From Escherichia phage 121Q: a DNA stretch of 64,000 nt. The stretch is from the sequence record NC_025447.1, one strand, 5' to 3'. The position numbers were made by a program, and so were the translations under genes. Below, one piece after another: positions 24,017-34,134 of the stretch (position 1 is its first letter; every line of letters starts with the position of its first letter). The notes under the pieces are model-generated. The model saw only the letters and a program-made list of their open reading frames with translations, was not told the DNA's origin and made no database searches.

Positions 24017-24508
24017 ATGTTTGAATTCCCAGAAGAGTCATTTAACTTCATTGACCCTACTGATGATGGATACCGACATATTAACATTTATAGTAAAGCC
24101 AGAACGAAGTTAGGTAGAGATCTATCTAACTTTTCTTCGCACAGCTTCAAACTTGAACCATATGGATGGTTCCCATCAGTTGAAACATTTTACTTTTGGT
24201 TTTTAACTGGTCAAAAACATGATGACCTTAGAAAAGTATCTGGGGCAGCAGCAAAGGCCGCCGCTAACAAATATATGCATGATCGAATTGAAATGACAGA
24301 TGATTGTATCTCAATAATCCAAGATGCTATTTGTGCTAAGATAATTCAAAATCCAGAGTTAGCCGAAAGATTAAGAAAAAGTAAATTGCCTTTTTACCAT
24401 TACTATGTATATGGTGGTAAAGTTGTAGATGTATCCGACGAACATGATTGGTTTGTTAAAACATTCGAATATATAAGAACGGTGTTAAAGGAAAACTATA
24501 ATGGGTAA
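24017..24508 (+). CDS. hypothetical protein
   Basis: 163-aa ORF. Confidence 0.55.
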   Translation: MFEFPEESFNFIDPTDDGYRHINIYSKARTKLGRDLSNFSSHSFKLEPYGWFPSVETFYFWFLTGQKHDDLRKVSGAAAKAAANKYMHDRIEMTDDCISIIQDAICAKIIQNPELAERLRKSKLPFYHYYVYGGKVVDVSDEHDWFVKTFEYIRTVLKENYNG

Positions 24509-24779
24509 ATGTTGGGTATGTGTCAAGGTGTTTGATGAAGAATATGAAATAATATTAGATGTATTACCACAGCAGTACATGGTGTGTAATGAAAAATACA
24601 AATTGGACACCTACCCGACCCCCATGTACATGGGAATATGTCCTTTGTGTGATTCAAATGGTGTGTCCAATAGTGAGATTTCATTCACTAACCAAGCCAC
24701 AACTAACTGTGTATCTGGGTATATAAGAGAGAATCGAGAATATTTTATTAGGAGATTATATGAACGACAAAATCTTTGA
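24501..24779 (+). CDS. hypothetical Cys-rich small protein
   Basis: CWVC ... CPLC pairs suggest a zinc ribbon. Confidence 0.5.
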   Translation: MGKCWVCVKVFDEEYEIILDVLPQQYMVCNEKYKLDTYPTPMYMGICPLCDSNGVSNSEISFTNQATTNCVSGYIRENREYFIRRLYERQNL

Positions 24780-24990
24780 TACATATGACATCGATACTTT
24801 ACTAACACCATCTGATAACAGTACTGTTAAAATGGACATGTACTGGATTGTCGTTGATAAAAAAGTATTTAGACATAAAATTACTAAAGTTTGGCAATGT
24901 AATAAAAACAAATCTATTGTTGAGGGATTGGCACAATGCATTCCTAATGCAGAGGTTTTATTTTTACCATACGCATATACAAAGGAATAA
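24760..24990 (+). CDS. hypothetical protein
   Basis: 76-aa ORF. Confidence 0.45.
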   Translation: MNDKIFDTYDIDTLLTPSDNSTVKMDMYWIVVDKKVFRHKITKVWQCNKNKSIVEGLAQCIPNAEVLFLPYAYTKE

Positions 24991-24991
24991 A

Positions 24992-25153
24992 ATGAAAAAA
25001 ACTTGGAAAATATTCACAATACCTGCTATAATGTTGTTATTGGCACTTTTCACACCGCAGAGTCATGTATTGTCTCTTAATATTGTGGAAATAATTCTTC
25101 TTGTAATTCACTGTGTCGTGTGTTATAATTATGTAAAAGGTGATAAAGAATGA
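24992..25153 (+). CDS. hypothetical small membrane protein
   Basis: MKKTWKIFTIPAIMLLLALF hydrophobic; starts 1 nt after upstream stop (inner part of track ORF 24848..25153). Confidence 0.45.
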   Translation: MKKTWKIFTIPAIMLLLALFTPQSHVLSLNIVEIILLVIHCVVCYNYVKGDKE

Positions 25154-25572
25154 AGTTCTTTAAAATTCGAATTGGTGTAAGTTCTGGTTTATCTCATTGG
25201 GTATTTTATGATTTACCTGATAGTTATACTATTGATGATGTAATTGATTTATATACCGAAGATCAACAATGGGTGTTAGATACCGAAACACATAGAATTG
25301 ATTGTCAAGAGATTAGTGAAGAAGATTACAAGCACGGAAAGCAAGCCATGAAGTATTTTGAAACAAATATCAAAATGCTGTCTGAAAACGTATTTCCTGT
25401 AAAAGAATGGGCAATTTTACTTGCTAATCCTAAAAAACCTGTTAGAATTGGTTATCCAAATTTTCATATGGTGTATCGTATGAATGATAAGCGAGAGCTT
25501 AACTATCAATACGATTACGATTCATCTAAGTTTGGAGTTCTTAAACAATTTTTAAAGGCTTATCCAGTATGA
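25150..25572 (+). CDS. hypothetical protein
   Basis: 140-aa ORF. Confidence 0.55.
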   Translation: MKFFKIRIGVSSGLSHWVFYDLPDSYTIDDVIDLYTEDQQWVLDTETHRIDCQEISEEDYKHGKQAMKYFETNIKMLSENVFPVKEWAILLANPKKPVRIGYPNFHMVYRMNDKRELNYQYDYDSSKFGVLKQFLKAYPV

Positions 25573-25904
25573 GTGAAGATAGTAAAGAGTATATTTTACG
25601 TTGTTCTTGTGGCGATAAAATGGAGCATTGCGTTCACATTGCACAATTTGACTTGACAGAGGAATATGGAGATGATAAACTTGGTCAATGTCTGATAAGT
25701 ATGCGTTTAAATCCTTTTTTAAAATGGTATAACCGTGTATGGGTTGCAGTAAAGTATGTTTTTGGTGTAAACGACTATCAATATGTAGAAGCAACAATTG
25801 ATGTTGACATTCTAAAAGAAGTTGTGTTACAATTAGAAGATACTAGAACTGATGAGGTTAAAAAAGAACAAAGAGAAAAACGTACTGATGTGAAGGTTTT
25901 ATGA
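25569..25904 (+). CDS. hypothetical Cys-containing protein
   Basis: 111-aa ORF with CSCGDKMEHC. Confidence 0.5.
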   Translation: MSEDSKEYILRCSCGDKMEHCVHIAQFDLTEEYGDDKLGQCLISMRLNPFLKWYNRVWVAVKYVFGVNDYQYVEATIDVDILKEVVLQLEDTRTDEVKKEQREKRTDVKVL

Positions 25905-26095
25905 GTACTGAACTTTATGAAAAAAAGTACTGTACAAATTGCTCAACTGAGTATACAATACAAGGTATGTTGATTTGTACAATATGTCAGTCAAAGAAAT
26001 CAGCAACTTTCATCGTTGATGATAGATTTGGTGATTTGAAACAGTTTAAAGCAAACCGCAATCTTCGTATTTTTAGCAATCTAAATAAGGAATAA
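25901..26095 (+). CDS. hypothetical zinc-ribbon-like small protein
   Basis: CTNC...CTIC four-Cys pattern. Confidence 0.5.
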   Translation: MSTELYEKKYCTNCSTEYTIQGMLICTICQSKKSATFIVDDRFGDLKQFKANRNLRIFSNLNKE

Positions 26096-26098
26096 TAT

Positions 26099-26527
26099 AT
26101 GAATATCGAACAAACTATCCGTGAACATTCTTTCTTCGCTCCAGAAACTGGTCGTGTTATTGAGAGCGTCAAAATCGAAGAACTAATGGTCAATGTTAAA
26201 TACAAAGAACCAAATGATGAGATTAGCAGTACTTTTTGTGCTCTACGTGCACCATTCCGTAATGAAAAAGCTAAGAAACCAGCATATGTTCTTGCCATTG
26301 CACTGGGTTGTGTTGTAAAACTTGCAGTTGATGAAAATCTTCTGAATATTAAAGTTGCACCAAGCAATGACGATGAAAACATTGATTTGAACTTTGATGG
26401 TTCTCTTGATGAAGATGTATTTTTCCAACAGTCACTTGTTTACGACTTCCGTACAGTGACACATTCTCACATCAAGTTCATTAATGAAATGGTTGAGATT
26501 GTTGCTGAATACGAAGAATCTCTCTAA
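26099..26527 (+). CDS. EE-x-FFQ-x-S motif family protein (member 1)
   Basis: C-proximal DEDVFFQQSLVYD. Confidence 0.6.
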   Translation: MNIEQTIREHSFFAPETGRVIESVKIEELMVNVKYKEPNDEISSTFCALRAPFRNEKAKKPAYVLAIALGCVVKLAVDENLLNIKVAPSNDDENIDLNFDGSLDEDVFFQQSLVYDFRTVTHSHIKFINEMVEIVAEYEESL

Positions 26528-26539
26528 GTAAATACAAAA

Positions 26540-26560
26540 GCCTCCATTATGGAGGCTTTT
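26540..26560 (+). terminator. intrinsic terminator
   Basis: GCCTCCATTATGGAGGC hairpin followed by TTTT. Confidence 0.6.
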
Positions 26561-26580
26561 ATCACATAAGGAAATGAAAT

Positions 26581-27132
26581 ATGATAGACCAAATTAAAAT
26601 CCTTACAAAGCAAATCACTGATTTTCTTTCTGATAAAGATGGATTTAATACAGAAGTAAAAATGCACGGTGTTAGTGTTGATGTAATTGCACCAAATGGT
26701 AATGTAACAAGTTACGACATGTATGAATTACTTCTTTATACTCTAGCAGTACGTAAACTAGGTAGTGATATTGAACTCAATATCAATACTGATGAAAGTG
26801 GGAATAAAATTTTTGCAATCAACACCAGTGCTAAATTCGATATCAGTACTGAAATTAAAAAAATAAATGAAAGTTTTATTGGCTTTAAGCATGAATCAAT
26901 TCAAAGTGTTTTTATTGGAAAGCAAACTTCTAATAGTGAATGCCCATATTGTGTAATGACTTTATATAAAGATGGAAACTGGATGCGTCAAGATTTAGTA
27001 TTTGCTGAACTTCTGTATGCATTTACACATGAACTTAAAATCGAATTGGACGATAGTGTTTATTGCTTTAAGAAAATTCGAAATATAACTAAAGATATAC
27101 AAACCCAACTTAAAGAATTAAATGATAAATAA
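26581..27132 (+). CDS. hypothetical protein
   Basis: 183-aa ORF. Confidence 0.55.
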   Translation: MIDQIKILTKQITDFLSDKDGFNTEVKMHGVSVDVIAPNGNVTSYDMYELLLYTLAVRKLGSDIELNINTDESGNKIFAINTSAKFDISTEIKKINESFIGFKHESIQSVFIGKQTSNSECPYCVMTLYKDGNWMRQDLVFAELLYAFTHELKIELDDSVYCFKKIRNITKDIQTQLKELNDK

Positions 27133-27248
27133 ATATACCAGAAATGGTTAACATATCATGTTACTTTCCTCCCTTACATAATAATGATGCGTTATTATAT
27201 TTTCATTTTGTTCTTATTCCCCTTTTGGTACAAAATCATTTTAGTACT

Positions 27249-27271
27249 GCCCCGATCTTCGGGGCATTTTT
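27249..27271 (+). terminator. intrinsic terminator
   Basis: GCCCCGATCTTCGGGGC hairpin followed by ATTTTT. Confidence 0.6.
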
Positions 27272-27292
27272 CTTATCTAAAATTGAGGATAT

Positions 27293-27688
27293 ATGAAGAA
27301 CAATATTGGAACTTCAATAATTAAACCACTTTCTTATTACCTTGAAAAATTTAGAAGCACAAATGGTAATAAATTTAATAATATATTTCAGTTCTCTCAT
27401 AAAGAATATATTACAATTGATCATTTTTCAAAGAAACTAATGTATGTAAATGATAATAGTCATATTATTAAATTATCATTCGATATTGAGTTAGATAAAT
27501 TAACATTTACGGAATACATTAATCAAAAAACTTCTTTTTTATGTCAATACAATAGGAAAGTATATAGTAATATTTCTATGTATCTAAATGATGAATATCA
27601 CTTTCAACAATCTACAATAGAAGAAGTATTGTTCAGTACTGAAGAATTAAAAGAACTATATTACTGGTATAATTATTTCACATCTTGA
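27293..27688 (+). CDS. EE-x-FFQ-x-S motif family protein (member 2)
   Basis: DEYHFQQSTIEE. Confidence 0.55.
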   Translation: MKNNIGTSIIKPLSYYLEKFRSTNGNKFNNIFQFSHKEYITIDHFSKKLMYVNDNSHIIKLSFDIELDKLTFTEYINQKTSFLCQYNRKVYSNISMYLNDEYHFQQSTIEEVLFSTEELKELYYWYNYFTS

Positions 27689-27743
27689 CATTATTGTGGG
27701 TTTATCCTACAATATATGATGATGCTGCATTGAGGATAAATTT

Positions 27744-28154
27744 ATGAGTTTAGATTTACACAATGAACTAAAATATTTTTTAGATTTGGACATATCAGAA
27801 TTGAACCACCACGTCAATCATATGACTAGTACTGTATGGTGGTCTAATGATCAAGACGACCCAATTATCCAACTAAGTGATGAATCGTCAATTATGCGAT
27901 TTTATAAGATTAATTATAAAAAGAACATCAAGATCACATATGTACCATACAAAAACATACTACTAGTCGAAACACTTAATCCAAGTTCTTTATTAAAAAT
28001 CACCGATTTAGATACATTACAAACAAGTGAATCTTTATTCCAACGTTCATTAGTTGATGATCTTGGTGGTATTACTTTTGAAGATATATTACAATTGAAG
28101 AATATGTATAGTGAATTGTTGGAGATTAAAAACACTTTAGTAATGGGGAATTGA
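27744..28154 (+). CDS. EE-x-FFQ-x-S motif family protein (member 3)
   Basis: SESLFQRSLVDDLGGITFEDILQL. Confidence 0.6.
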   Translation: MSLDLHNELKYFLDLDISELNHHVNHMTSTVWWSNDQDDPIIQLSDESSIMRFYKINYKKNIKITYVPYKNILLVETLNPSSLLKITDLDTLQTSESLFQRSLVDDLGGITFEDILQLKNMYSELLEIKNTLVMGN

Positions 28155-28155
28155 T

Positions 28156-28560
28156 ATGGTAAGTTTACTAGATATTGATAATACCAGTTTAGTGCTGGTG
28201 AAAAAAGGTTTAATTCCAAATTCTAAAAAAATTGATTATGCTGTTATTGAAACAAATATTGGAAATATCTGGTACGACTCTGAAAGGGATATTGTGTTTA
28301 GCTGTGTAGACAGTGATCGTTCTGAATGTTGTAGAGTCGGTCATGACGGACAATTTGTTTTTGAATTTCGTTATTGGAAGGACGCAAAATTTCACCAAGA
28401 ACTGGTTGCTTTGTCAAATGAACTATATACAGAAGAATCGTTCTTCATGGCTAGTACTATTAATGATTTTGGTTCAGTTACATTTGAGTACTATAAAAAA
28501 ATATACGCACTATCCAGAGAAGTTATGAAAATTATCAGAACTGCTGAAGGTAAAGAATAA
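28156..28560 (+). CDS. EE-x-FFQ-x-S motif family protein (member 4)
   Basis: EESFFMASTINDFGSVTFEYY. Confidence 0.55.
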   Translation: MVSLLDIDNTSLVLVKKGLIPNSKKIDYAVIETNIGNIWYDSERDIVFSCVDSDRSECCRVGHDGQFVFEFRYWKDAKFHQELVALSNELYTEESFFMASTINDFGSVTFEYYKKIYALSREVMKIIRTAEGKE

Positions 28561-28561
28561 C

Positions 28562-28939
28562 ATGACTACTATATATGATATTTTGGGTGTTCTGAGTAGA
28601 AATATAGATGATGATTTTGTTATTGTTCAAGATACTAGAAATACATTTCAACTACCAATAGGTTCACCAGATAGGTTAATTTTTAATAGATACTCAAATG
28701 AACTAACTTACATCCATGATGGGATTGCAATTGTATCAGTTTCTATAAACGACTATACAATACGATATGTATATGACTTCAACGATTATTGTACAAGAAT
28801 CCACAGTATTGATATTTCCGAAGAGGAACTATTCCAATTGTCATTGATTGAGAAAAATGTAATAGGAATTACAGAAATTGGTATTATTAAAAAAGCATTA
28901 AACTATACAAATATAAGAATTAATGGTGGGTGCAGATGA
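28562..28939 (+). CDS. EE-x-FFQ-x-S motif family protein (member 5)
   Basis: EEELFQLSLIEKNVIGITEIGII. Confidence 0.55.
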   Translation: MTTIYDILGVLSRNIDDDFVIVQDTRNTFQLPIGSPDRLIFNRYSNELTYIHDGIAIVSVSINDYTIRYVYDFNDYCTRIHSIDISEEELFQLSLIEKNVIGITEIGIIKKALNYTNIRINGGCR

Positions 28940-29391
28940 ATGTTGACGAAATAAAAAATCATTTTGAAATTGCAATGTCATGTGAATTTGACACACAACG
29001 TGTTCATGACCCGAAAGAACATATACGCATTTGTTGTGAATTGTCAGATGATTGTAATATTTTTATTGGAAAAACCTATGACATGATCGATCTTTCATGT
29101 ATAGATCCATTGGAAAGAAAAACAAAATATTTATATCTGTACAACACAACATCAGATACGATTGCAATACAACTAATATCAACCACAACATCCCACAGTT
29201 ATTATAACATAACTGAGGTTAGTAGTTTAACGTTAACCGAAGAAGGATTCTTTCAACAATCGCTTATTCGTGAAATTGGTGTTAGTTATGATGAGTTAAA
29301 TGTATTAGTAGATTGTTTCGAAAAATTGAGTACTTTTGTATTATCCCTTTTTAATATACAGTCGCAAAATCCAATGGTGGTGAAATGCTAA
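28936..29391 (+). CDS. EE-x-FFQ-x-S motif family protein (member 6)
   Basis: EEGFFQQSLIREIGVSYDELNVL; ATGA overlap start (track start 28930 is GTG). Confidence 0.6.
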   Translation: MNVDEIKNHFEIAMSCEFDTQRVHDPKEHIRICCELSDDCNIFIGKTYDMIDLSCIDPLERKTKYLYLYNTTSDTIAIQLISTTTSHSYYNITEVSSLTLTEEGFFQQSLIREIGVSYDELNVLVDCFEKLSTFVLSLFNIQSQNPMVVKC

Positions 29392-29825
29392 ATCCAAGTA
29401 AATTTCTCCACTTACTTTCGATAACATCAATACCGGATCTTACCAGTGAAACTAATGAATATCGTGAAGCTGGGGTGGTGTCTATGGAACTCGATACATT
29501 TGACCACAAATGCTATGTGACATATGACCCACCGCGTTATGGTAAAGAACATTCTTCTTTTATTTTTGTATTCGTATACACGGTATATGATAATACAACA
29601 CTTGATGATGTTTGTATTGACACATACGAAATTTGTGATAATATCATAACTGATGACAACAATAACTCATTTGATATGTCACTATATAACACAGAAGAAT
29701 CGTTGTTTCAACTTAGTACTGTTATTGATGCACCATCATTAGAAGATATAAAACAATTTCAAGAACATCTTGACGCAGTTCGTGAGATGTTCTATAATCA
29801 TTATCCAGAAGTAGAGTTCAATTAA
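29385..29825 (+). CDS. EE-x-FFQ-x-S motif family protein (member 7)
   Basis: EESLFQLSTVIDAPSLEDIKQF. Confidence 0.6.
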   Translation: MLNPSKFLHLLSITSIPDLTSETNEYREAGVVSMELDTFDHKCYVTYDPPRYGKEHSSFIFVFVYTVYDNTTLDDVCIDTYEICDNIITDDNNNSFDMSLYNTEESLFQLSTVIDAPSLEDIKQFQEHLDAVREMFYNHYPEVEFN

Positions 29826-29839
29826 CTAAAGGTAATAAG

Positions 29840-30100
29840 ATGACTAAAGTAGTTCGTAAACGCCACATGATGAACATGGATGAATTTCGCACATTTGACA
29901 AATATCGTACTATGTTTCGTATGCTTTCACAGGGCCGTCCAATCGTCATTGTAACAGAGAATTACATGTCACCTGAGATTATGTTTGGTAATTATGAAAA
30001 GGTCTTCATGTTGTACGTGAAGCGTGGATTACTTGCAATCAAGACATTAACTGAAGCAACTGATGAAGATATGGATGGTGATAATACCTTTACCATGTGA
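29840..30100 (+). CDS. hypothetical protein
   Basis: 86-aa ORF. Confidence 0.5.
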   Translation: MTKVVRKRHMMNMDEFRTFDKYRTMFRMLSQGRPIVIVTENYMSPEIMFGNYEKVFMLYVKRGLLAIKTLTEATDEDMDGDNTFTM

Positions 30101-30178
30101 GGAAATATATGTCTGAAAAGCCAAAAGAACCATTAGATCGTGATGATGATTTTTATGACGAACGATATGGAGATGATG

Positions 30179-30430
30179 ATGAGTGAACATAGTGCTGTGC
30201 TTAAAAAGATTTTAAAGGAACTTGATGGTGAGTTTAATGTCACAGAAGAAGAATATCAGCATTGGAAGAAAGGTTTTGAACAACTAACCGAGTATGATAA
30301 AGTGTTCAATATGATTGGCGTAATTAGCCAGTACTTACTCGGTGGAGGACGTGCAAGTGCTTCAATTCTGGCATCTGCAATCATCTGTACATCACGATGG
30401 TGTGATGAAAAAAGTTTGGAAGATTTCTAA
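30179..30430 (+). CDS. hypothetical protein
   Basis: ORF; start among several ATGs after GGAG (track 30140); start uncertain. Confidence 0.45.
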   Translation: MSEHSAVLKKILKELDGEFNVTEEEYQHWKKGFEQLTEYDKVFNMIGVISQYLLGGGRASASILASAIICTSRWCDEKSLEDF

Positions 30431-30482
30431 ATAAGATGCTATAATATATTATAGTACCTTAACAATATAAAAAGGATTTTAT

Positions 30483-31343
30483 ATGAAACCTATCCGAGTA
30501 CTTTCTCTTTTTAATGGAATGAGTGTGGGATATATGGCATTGCAAGATGCTGGTATCCCAGTTGAAAAATATTATTCATCCGAAATTGATAAGTACGCAA
30601 TAGCTGAATCTCAATCTAACTTTCCTGATATTATCCAATTGGGTGATGTAACTAAGTGGAGAGAATGGGATATTGAGTGGGACAAAATAGATTTATTAAT
30701 GGGTGGTTTCCCATGCCAAGCCTGGTCAGTTGCAGGTAAACAGGGTGGTTTAAATGATATACGTGGGCAGTTATTTTTAGTAATGGTTGAAATTTTTGAT
30801 CATATCAAAAGTCTCAATCCTAACTTGAAATTTCTGTTTGAAAATGTTAAAATGAAGGAAGATTTCAAAGAATACATTAATAGTATTTTAGGAATCACGC
30901 CAGTACTGATAAACTCCCAGCATTATACGCCTCACTTCAGGCAGAGATATTACTGGTACAGTACTGATAAGCTTTTTATACCACCTGCATTATCCAATGC
31001 ACCTAAACTTCAAGATATTATTGAAGATGGTTGGTACACTGACAGAACCGCTTCGTACTGTATAGATGCTAACTATTTTAAAGGTGGTGATTGTAACCAG
31101 TACTTTAATAAATCCAGACGACAATTGGTGTTTCGTGATCCAGTGATTAATCGTCAATATCTATTAGAGAATGGCAAAAGAAATATTGACTATAGACACT
31201 TAAGTGTAGTAGAATGTTGTAAATTACAGGGTGTTCCTGAAGATTTCTTTAAAGTGTCTAGTAAGACACAAGCATACAAAATGCTTGGGAATGGATGGAC
31301 TATGCCAGTTATATCACATTTACTAAGAGAGATATTCTTTTGA
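30483..31343 (+). CDS. DNA (cytosine-5)-methyltransferase
   Basis: Motif I LFNGMSVG (FxGxG), motif IV GGFPCQAWSVAGK (PCQ), motif VI ENVK, C-terminal LGNGWTMPV (motif X-like). Confidence 0.8.
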   Translation: MKPIRVLSLFNGMSVGYMALQDAGIPVEKYYSSEIDKYAIAESQSNFPDIIQLGDVTKWREWDIEWDKIDLLMGGFPCQAWSVAGKQGGLNDIRGQLFLVMVEIFDHIKSLNPNLKFLFENVKMKEDFKEYINSILGITPVLINSQHYTPHFRQRYYWYSTDKLFIPPALSNAPKLQDIIEDGWYTDRTASYCIDANYFKGGDCNQYFNKSRRQLVFRDPVINRQYLLENGKRNIDYRHLSVVECCKLQGVPEDFFKVSSKTQAYKMLGNGWTMPVISHLLREIFF

Positions 31344-31825
31344 ACATAAACAAATACCAAACTTATATAAAACGTACAGAAAGTTTCAAACGGCTGGCTG
31401 TAAAATCTGAATTAGAATTTAATTTGTATTATCCTAATATTGGTGATGAGGTATTTTATTGCTCTCATTCAAAGAATGGAACTTTACTTAAATCGGGTAA
31501 AGGAACTATTGTTGATATGACCGCAAATTTCAGAGGTAAACTTAATGTAATGTACAAAGTACAAGATTCAAGTACTGAGTGTATTCATGAAGTGATGCAT
31601 AACATACCTGCATATCCAAAAGATTTTGTTCAGCTAATATCTCGAAGGGAGAAACCTATGTTTTATTGTGGTTATGACAAATTAACCAAACAAATTATTC
31701 CTAATACTATGGGAAAATTTAAAAGTGATGTGAAATCTGAACTTGAAAAGAAATTTGGCACGTCATGGGAAACTGAAAACGAGTTTATCGAAATTCGTTT
31801 AATTGAAATTACTATACTTGAATAA
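31295..31825 (+). CDS. hypothetical protein
   Basis: ORF overlapping the 3' end of the methyltransferase gene; no in-frame ATG downstream of the overlap until far into the ORF. Confidence 0.45.
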   Translation: MDYASYITFTKRDILLNINKYQTYIKRTESFKRLAVKSELEFNLYYPNIGDEVFYCSHSKNGTLLKSGKGTIVDMTANFRGKLNVMYKVQDSSTECIHEVMHNIPAYPKDFVQLISRREKPMFYCGYDKLTKQIIPNTMGKFKSDVKSELEKKFGTSWETENEFIEIRLIEITILE

Positions 31826-31830
31826 TTACA

Positions 31831-31855
31831 AATCCACGCATTGCGTGGATTTTTC
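31831..31855 (+). terminator. intrinsic terminator
   Basis: AATCCACGCATTGCGTGGATT hairpin followed by TTTT. Confidence 0.55.
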
Positions 31856-31867
31856 ATAGGTGCATAT

Positions 31868-32383
31868 ATGCCAATTCCTTATGTTAAAATTATTAATAAT
31901 ATTCTCGATTCATGGGAAGATGTTATTACTGGTAAAAAGCAACCATCACCAGTACATGCTTTATCTGGGAAACTTCAATTCAGAATGTCAAACCAAACTG
32001 AAACATTTAATAATCATGATATTTGCATTACATTAAAAACACCTATTAGTATTGTAATTAAAAAAAATAAAGATGATGAATTGACATTATCTATTGGTCG
32101 TGATAAAATCATTTTAAGTAATTTGTCTGAAGAAGAATTCTTTCAAAGAAGTACTATTATCGATATGAAAGATTTCACATATGAATCATTGGTTGAACTC
32201 AATACACGTTTTAACGATATTCAGGAACGATTGCGACCAATTCTTCGTATCGAAGAAGAAGCCTGGATTGAAAGTATTAGGAAGATGCAAGAAATGTTGA
32301 AAGAAAATATTAACAATCTGGGTAAAGCTACAATGGAATTTGGTAAAACTTTTAAACTGAACTTTTCAAAGGATCGTAAATGA
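31868..32383 (+). CDS. EE-x-FFQ-x-S motif family protein (member 8)
   Basis: EEEFFQRSTIIDMKDFTYESLVEL; track start 31841 is TTG inside the terminator hairpin, first ATG at 31868 with AGGTG RBS. Confidence 0.55.
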   Translation: MPIPYVKIINNILDSWEDVITGKKQPSPVHALSGKLQFRMSNQTETFNNHDICITLKTPISIVIKKNKDDELTLSIGRDKIILSNLSEEEFFQRSTIIDMKDFTYESLVELNTRFNDIQERLRPILRIEEEAWIESIRKMQEMLKENINNLGKATMEFGKTFKLNFSKDRK

Positions 32384-32835
32384 AAATTGATAATTTGATT
32401 CATGTTTTAGGATCTTTACATAAAATATTATCACATCTACATGAGATAAAGAAACTGGGATTTAACATCTCAAATTCAATTGAAACTACATTTAAATATC
32501 AATCAATTACTGGTGATGGTTATTACATAATCGAATATACCTATGAAACCGATCCAGACTTCTATCCTCTTACGTTGAGAATTTATCCAACAAATCCGAG
32601 AGGAATTCACGACATATCATCAATTTCACTTGATCCAGATGGTGAAACGAGTATTGAATACAATAATGATTCAAAACCAGAATTTTACATTGATGATATT
32701 AAAATGATGTTCAACGATGAATATGTGTTCCAGCAAAGTACTGTGCATGATGTTGGAAGTACTAATGGACAATTTTGGAATACATGTTATTATCATATGA
32801 TTGAAATTTGTAAATTACTAAAAGGCGATGATTAA
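32380..32835 (+). CDS. EE-x-FFQ-x-S motif family protein (member 9)
   Basis: DEYVFQQSTVHDVG. Confidence 0.55.
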   Translation: MKIDNLIHVLGSLHKILSHLHEIKKLGFNISNSIETTFKYQSITGDGYYIIEYTYETDPDFYPLTLRIYPTNPRGIHDISSISLDPDGETSIEYNNDSKPEFYIDDIKMMFNDEYVFQQSTVHDVGSTNGQFWNTCYYHMIEICKLLKGDD

Positions 32836-33218
32836 TGAAATACAGCATTGAAGTACATTACACTACAGGGGACACTGAAAATTGTTATGACGTTCTTAAT
32901 ACAATTGATATTCAATGGTCTTCTAAAGAGGAAGCAGTTGCTGCTTTACAGTGCCTAAAAGAGCATTGGGTGTTTTATATGAAGCAAGATAATTGCTATA
33001 CTAAAGAACACGAAACTATCGTTGAAAATGCTAAACAAAAAGAGTGGTTTGACCCAATATCACCAGAATATTCATTCTTGGTTAAAGTTGGCGATGTGAC
33101 AGTTCCATTACGAACACCGTGGAACGGCTACTTTGAAACTCTTCATAATGCACGAGTTGTCGCTGTTGATAATCCTGAGCAAATCGATTTCGATTCATTG
33201 GACTGGAAAAAACTATGA
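32835..33218 (+). CDS. hypothetical protein
   Basis: 127-aa ORF. Confidence 0.55.
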   Translation: MKYSIEVHYTTGDTENCYDVLNTIDIQWSSKEEAVAALQCLKEHWVFYMKQDNCYTKEHETIVENAKQKEWFDPISPEYSFLVKVGDVTVPLRTPWNGYFETLHNARVVAVDNPEQIDFDSLDWKKL

Positions 33219-33658
33219 CAGTACTGCACCAATTGAAGAAGGTTAAGCATCCAGTTGTATACGAGGATTGGAAACGACAGAAATTGATGGGTGATTTTTA
33301 TTTCCCAAAATCTAAAGTTCTTGCGAATTCAAGATGTACATATGTCACACATAATTATAAAGATACAGTATTTGTTGAAATGGGTTTCAATCCATCAAAT
33401 ACAATGTTCAGTACTAACCAGACATTTTACAAATTTCATATCAATAAAGATTCATTTTCTATTATGATTATAAAATTTTTAGTTGAAGATCTGGTATACA
33501 GTGAAGAAAGAGTTCCTTTATCATTAGTGGATATTCCTTATGATAATTTAGAGGAAATGTACTTCCAACAGTTGACAGTGCAAGAAAACTTCGGTATGAT
33601 AGGACTTCAAGAGTTAGAGATGATTAAGCAAATTCGTGATATCTACTTTAAGGAGTAA
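33215..33658 (+). CDS. EE-x-FFQ-x-S motif family protein (member 10)
   Basis: EEMYFQQLTVQENFGMIGLQELEMI. Confidence 0.55.
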   Translation: MTVLHQLKKVKHPVVYEDWKRQKLMGDFYFPKSKVLANSRCTYVTHNYKDTVFVEMGFNPSNTMFSTNQTFYKFHINKDSFSIMIIKFLVEDLVYSEERVPLSLVDIPYDNLEEMYFQQLTVQENFGMIGLQELEMIKQIRDIYFKE

Positions 33659-33660
33659 CT

Positions 33661-33804
33661 ATGCCAGTACGTAACAGTACTTCACGCTTTACGCTTCAAC
33701 AGAAAGCAGATCTTTTGAATATGGCTAACAAAGATTCTAATTTTTACTATCTAGTACTCGGTGGGTCAGTAGAAAAGATTGACCTACGTGAGTGTATGAA
33801 ATAA
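33661..33804 (+). CDS. hypothetical small protein
   Basis: 47-aa ORF with AGGAG RBS, not in the track (below 60 aa). Confidence 0.35.
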   Translation: MPVRNSTSRFTLQQKADLLNMANKDSNFYYLVLGGSVEKIDLRECMK

Positions 33805-33820
33805 CAAAAGGGGACTAAAA

Positions 33821-33991
33821 ATGAGTCTACGTGAATCATGGGAACAATTTAAAGAAGAGATTGGTTATCGTGGTGTTAAGATTGAAAAAATCAATCGAAC
33901 CGAAAGCATCAAAGCCAGTACTAATGGCACTACCTATGATCGTTATGATGAAAAGTATGGTTTGCATTCTAAACCGAAGGATACTGAATAA
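33821..33991 (+). CDS. hypothetical small protein
   Basis: 56-aa ORF with RBS. Confidence 0.35.
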   Translation: MSLRESWEQFKEEIGYRGVKIEKINRTESIKASTNGTTYDRYDEKYGLHSKPKDTE

Positions 33992-34134
33992 TGGTATACA
34001 CTAACATTTTTACTGGTATTATGCGTAAATTTATTAATGGTACTGGATACGTATCTAATGACAACGGTAGTACATGGGTAAAAAATAATACGTCTGAATC
34101 TTTAGTAAAAAGTCTTCCGTATTATAAAGCTTGA
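33991..34134 (+). CDS. hypothetical small protein
   Basis: 47-aa ORF, TAATG overlap. Confidence 0.3.
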   Translation: MVYTNIFTGIMRKFINGTGYVSNDNGSTWVKNNTSESLVKSLPYYKA

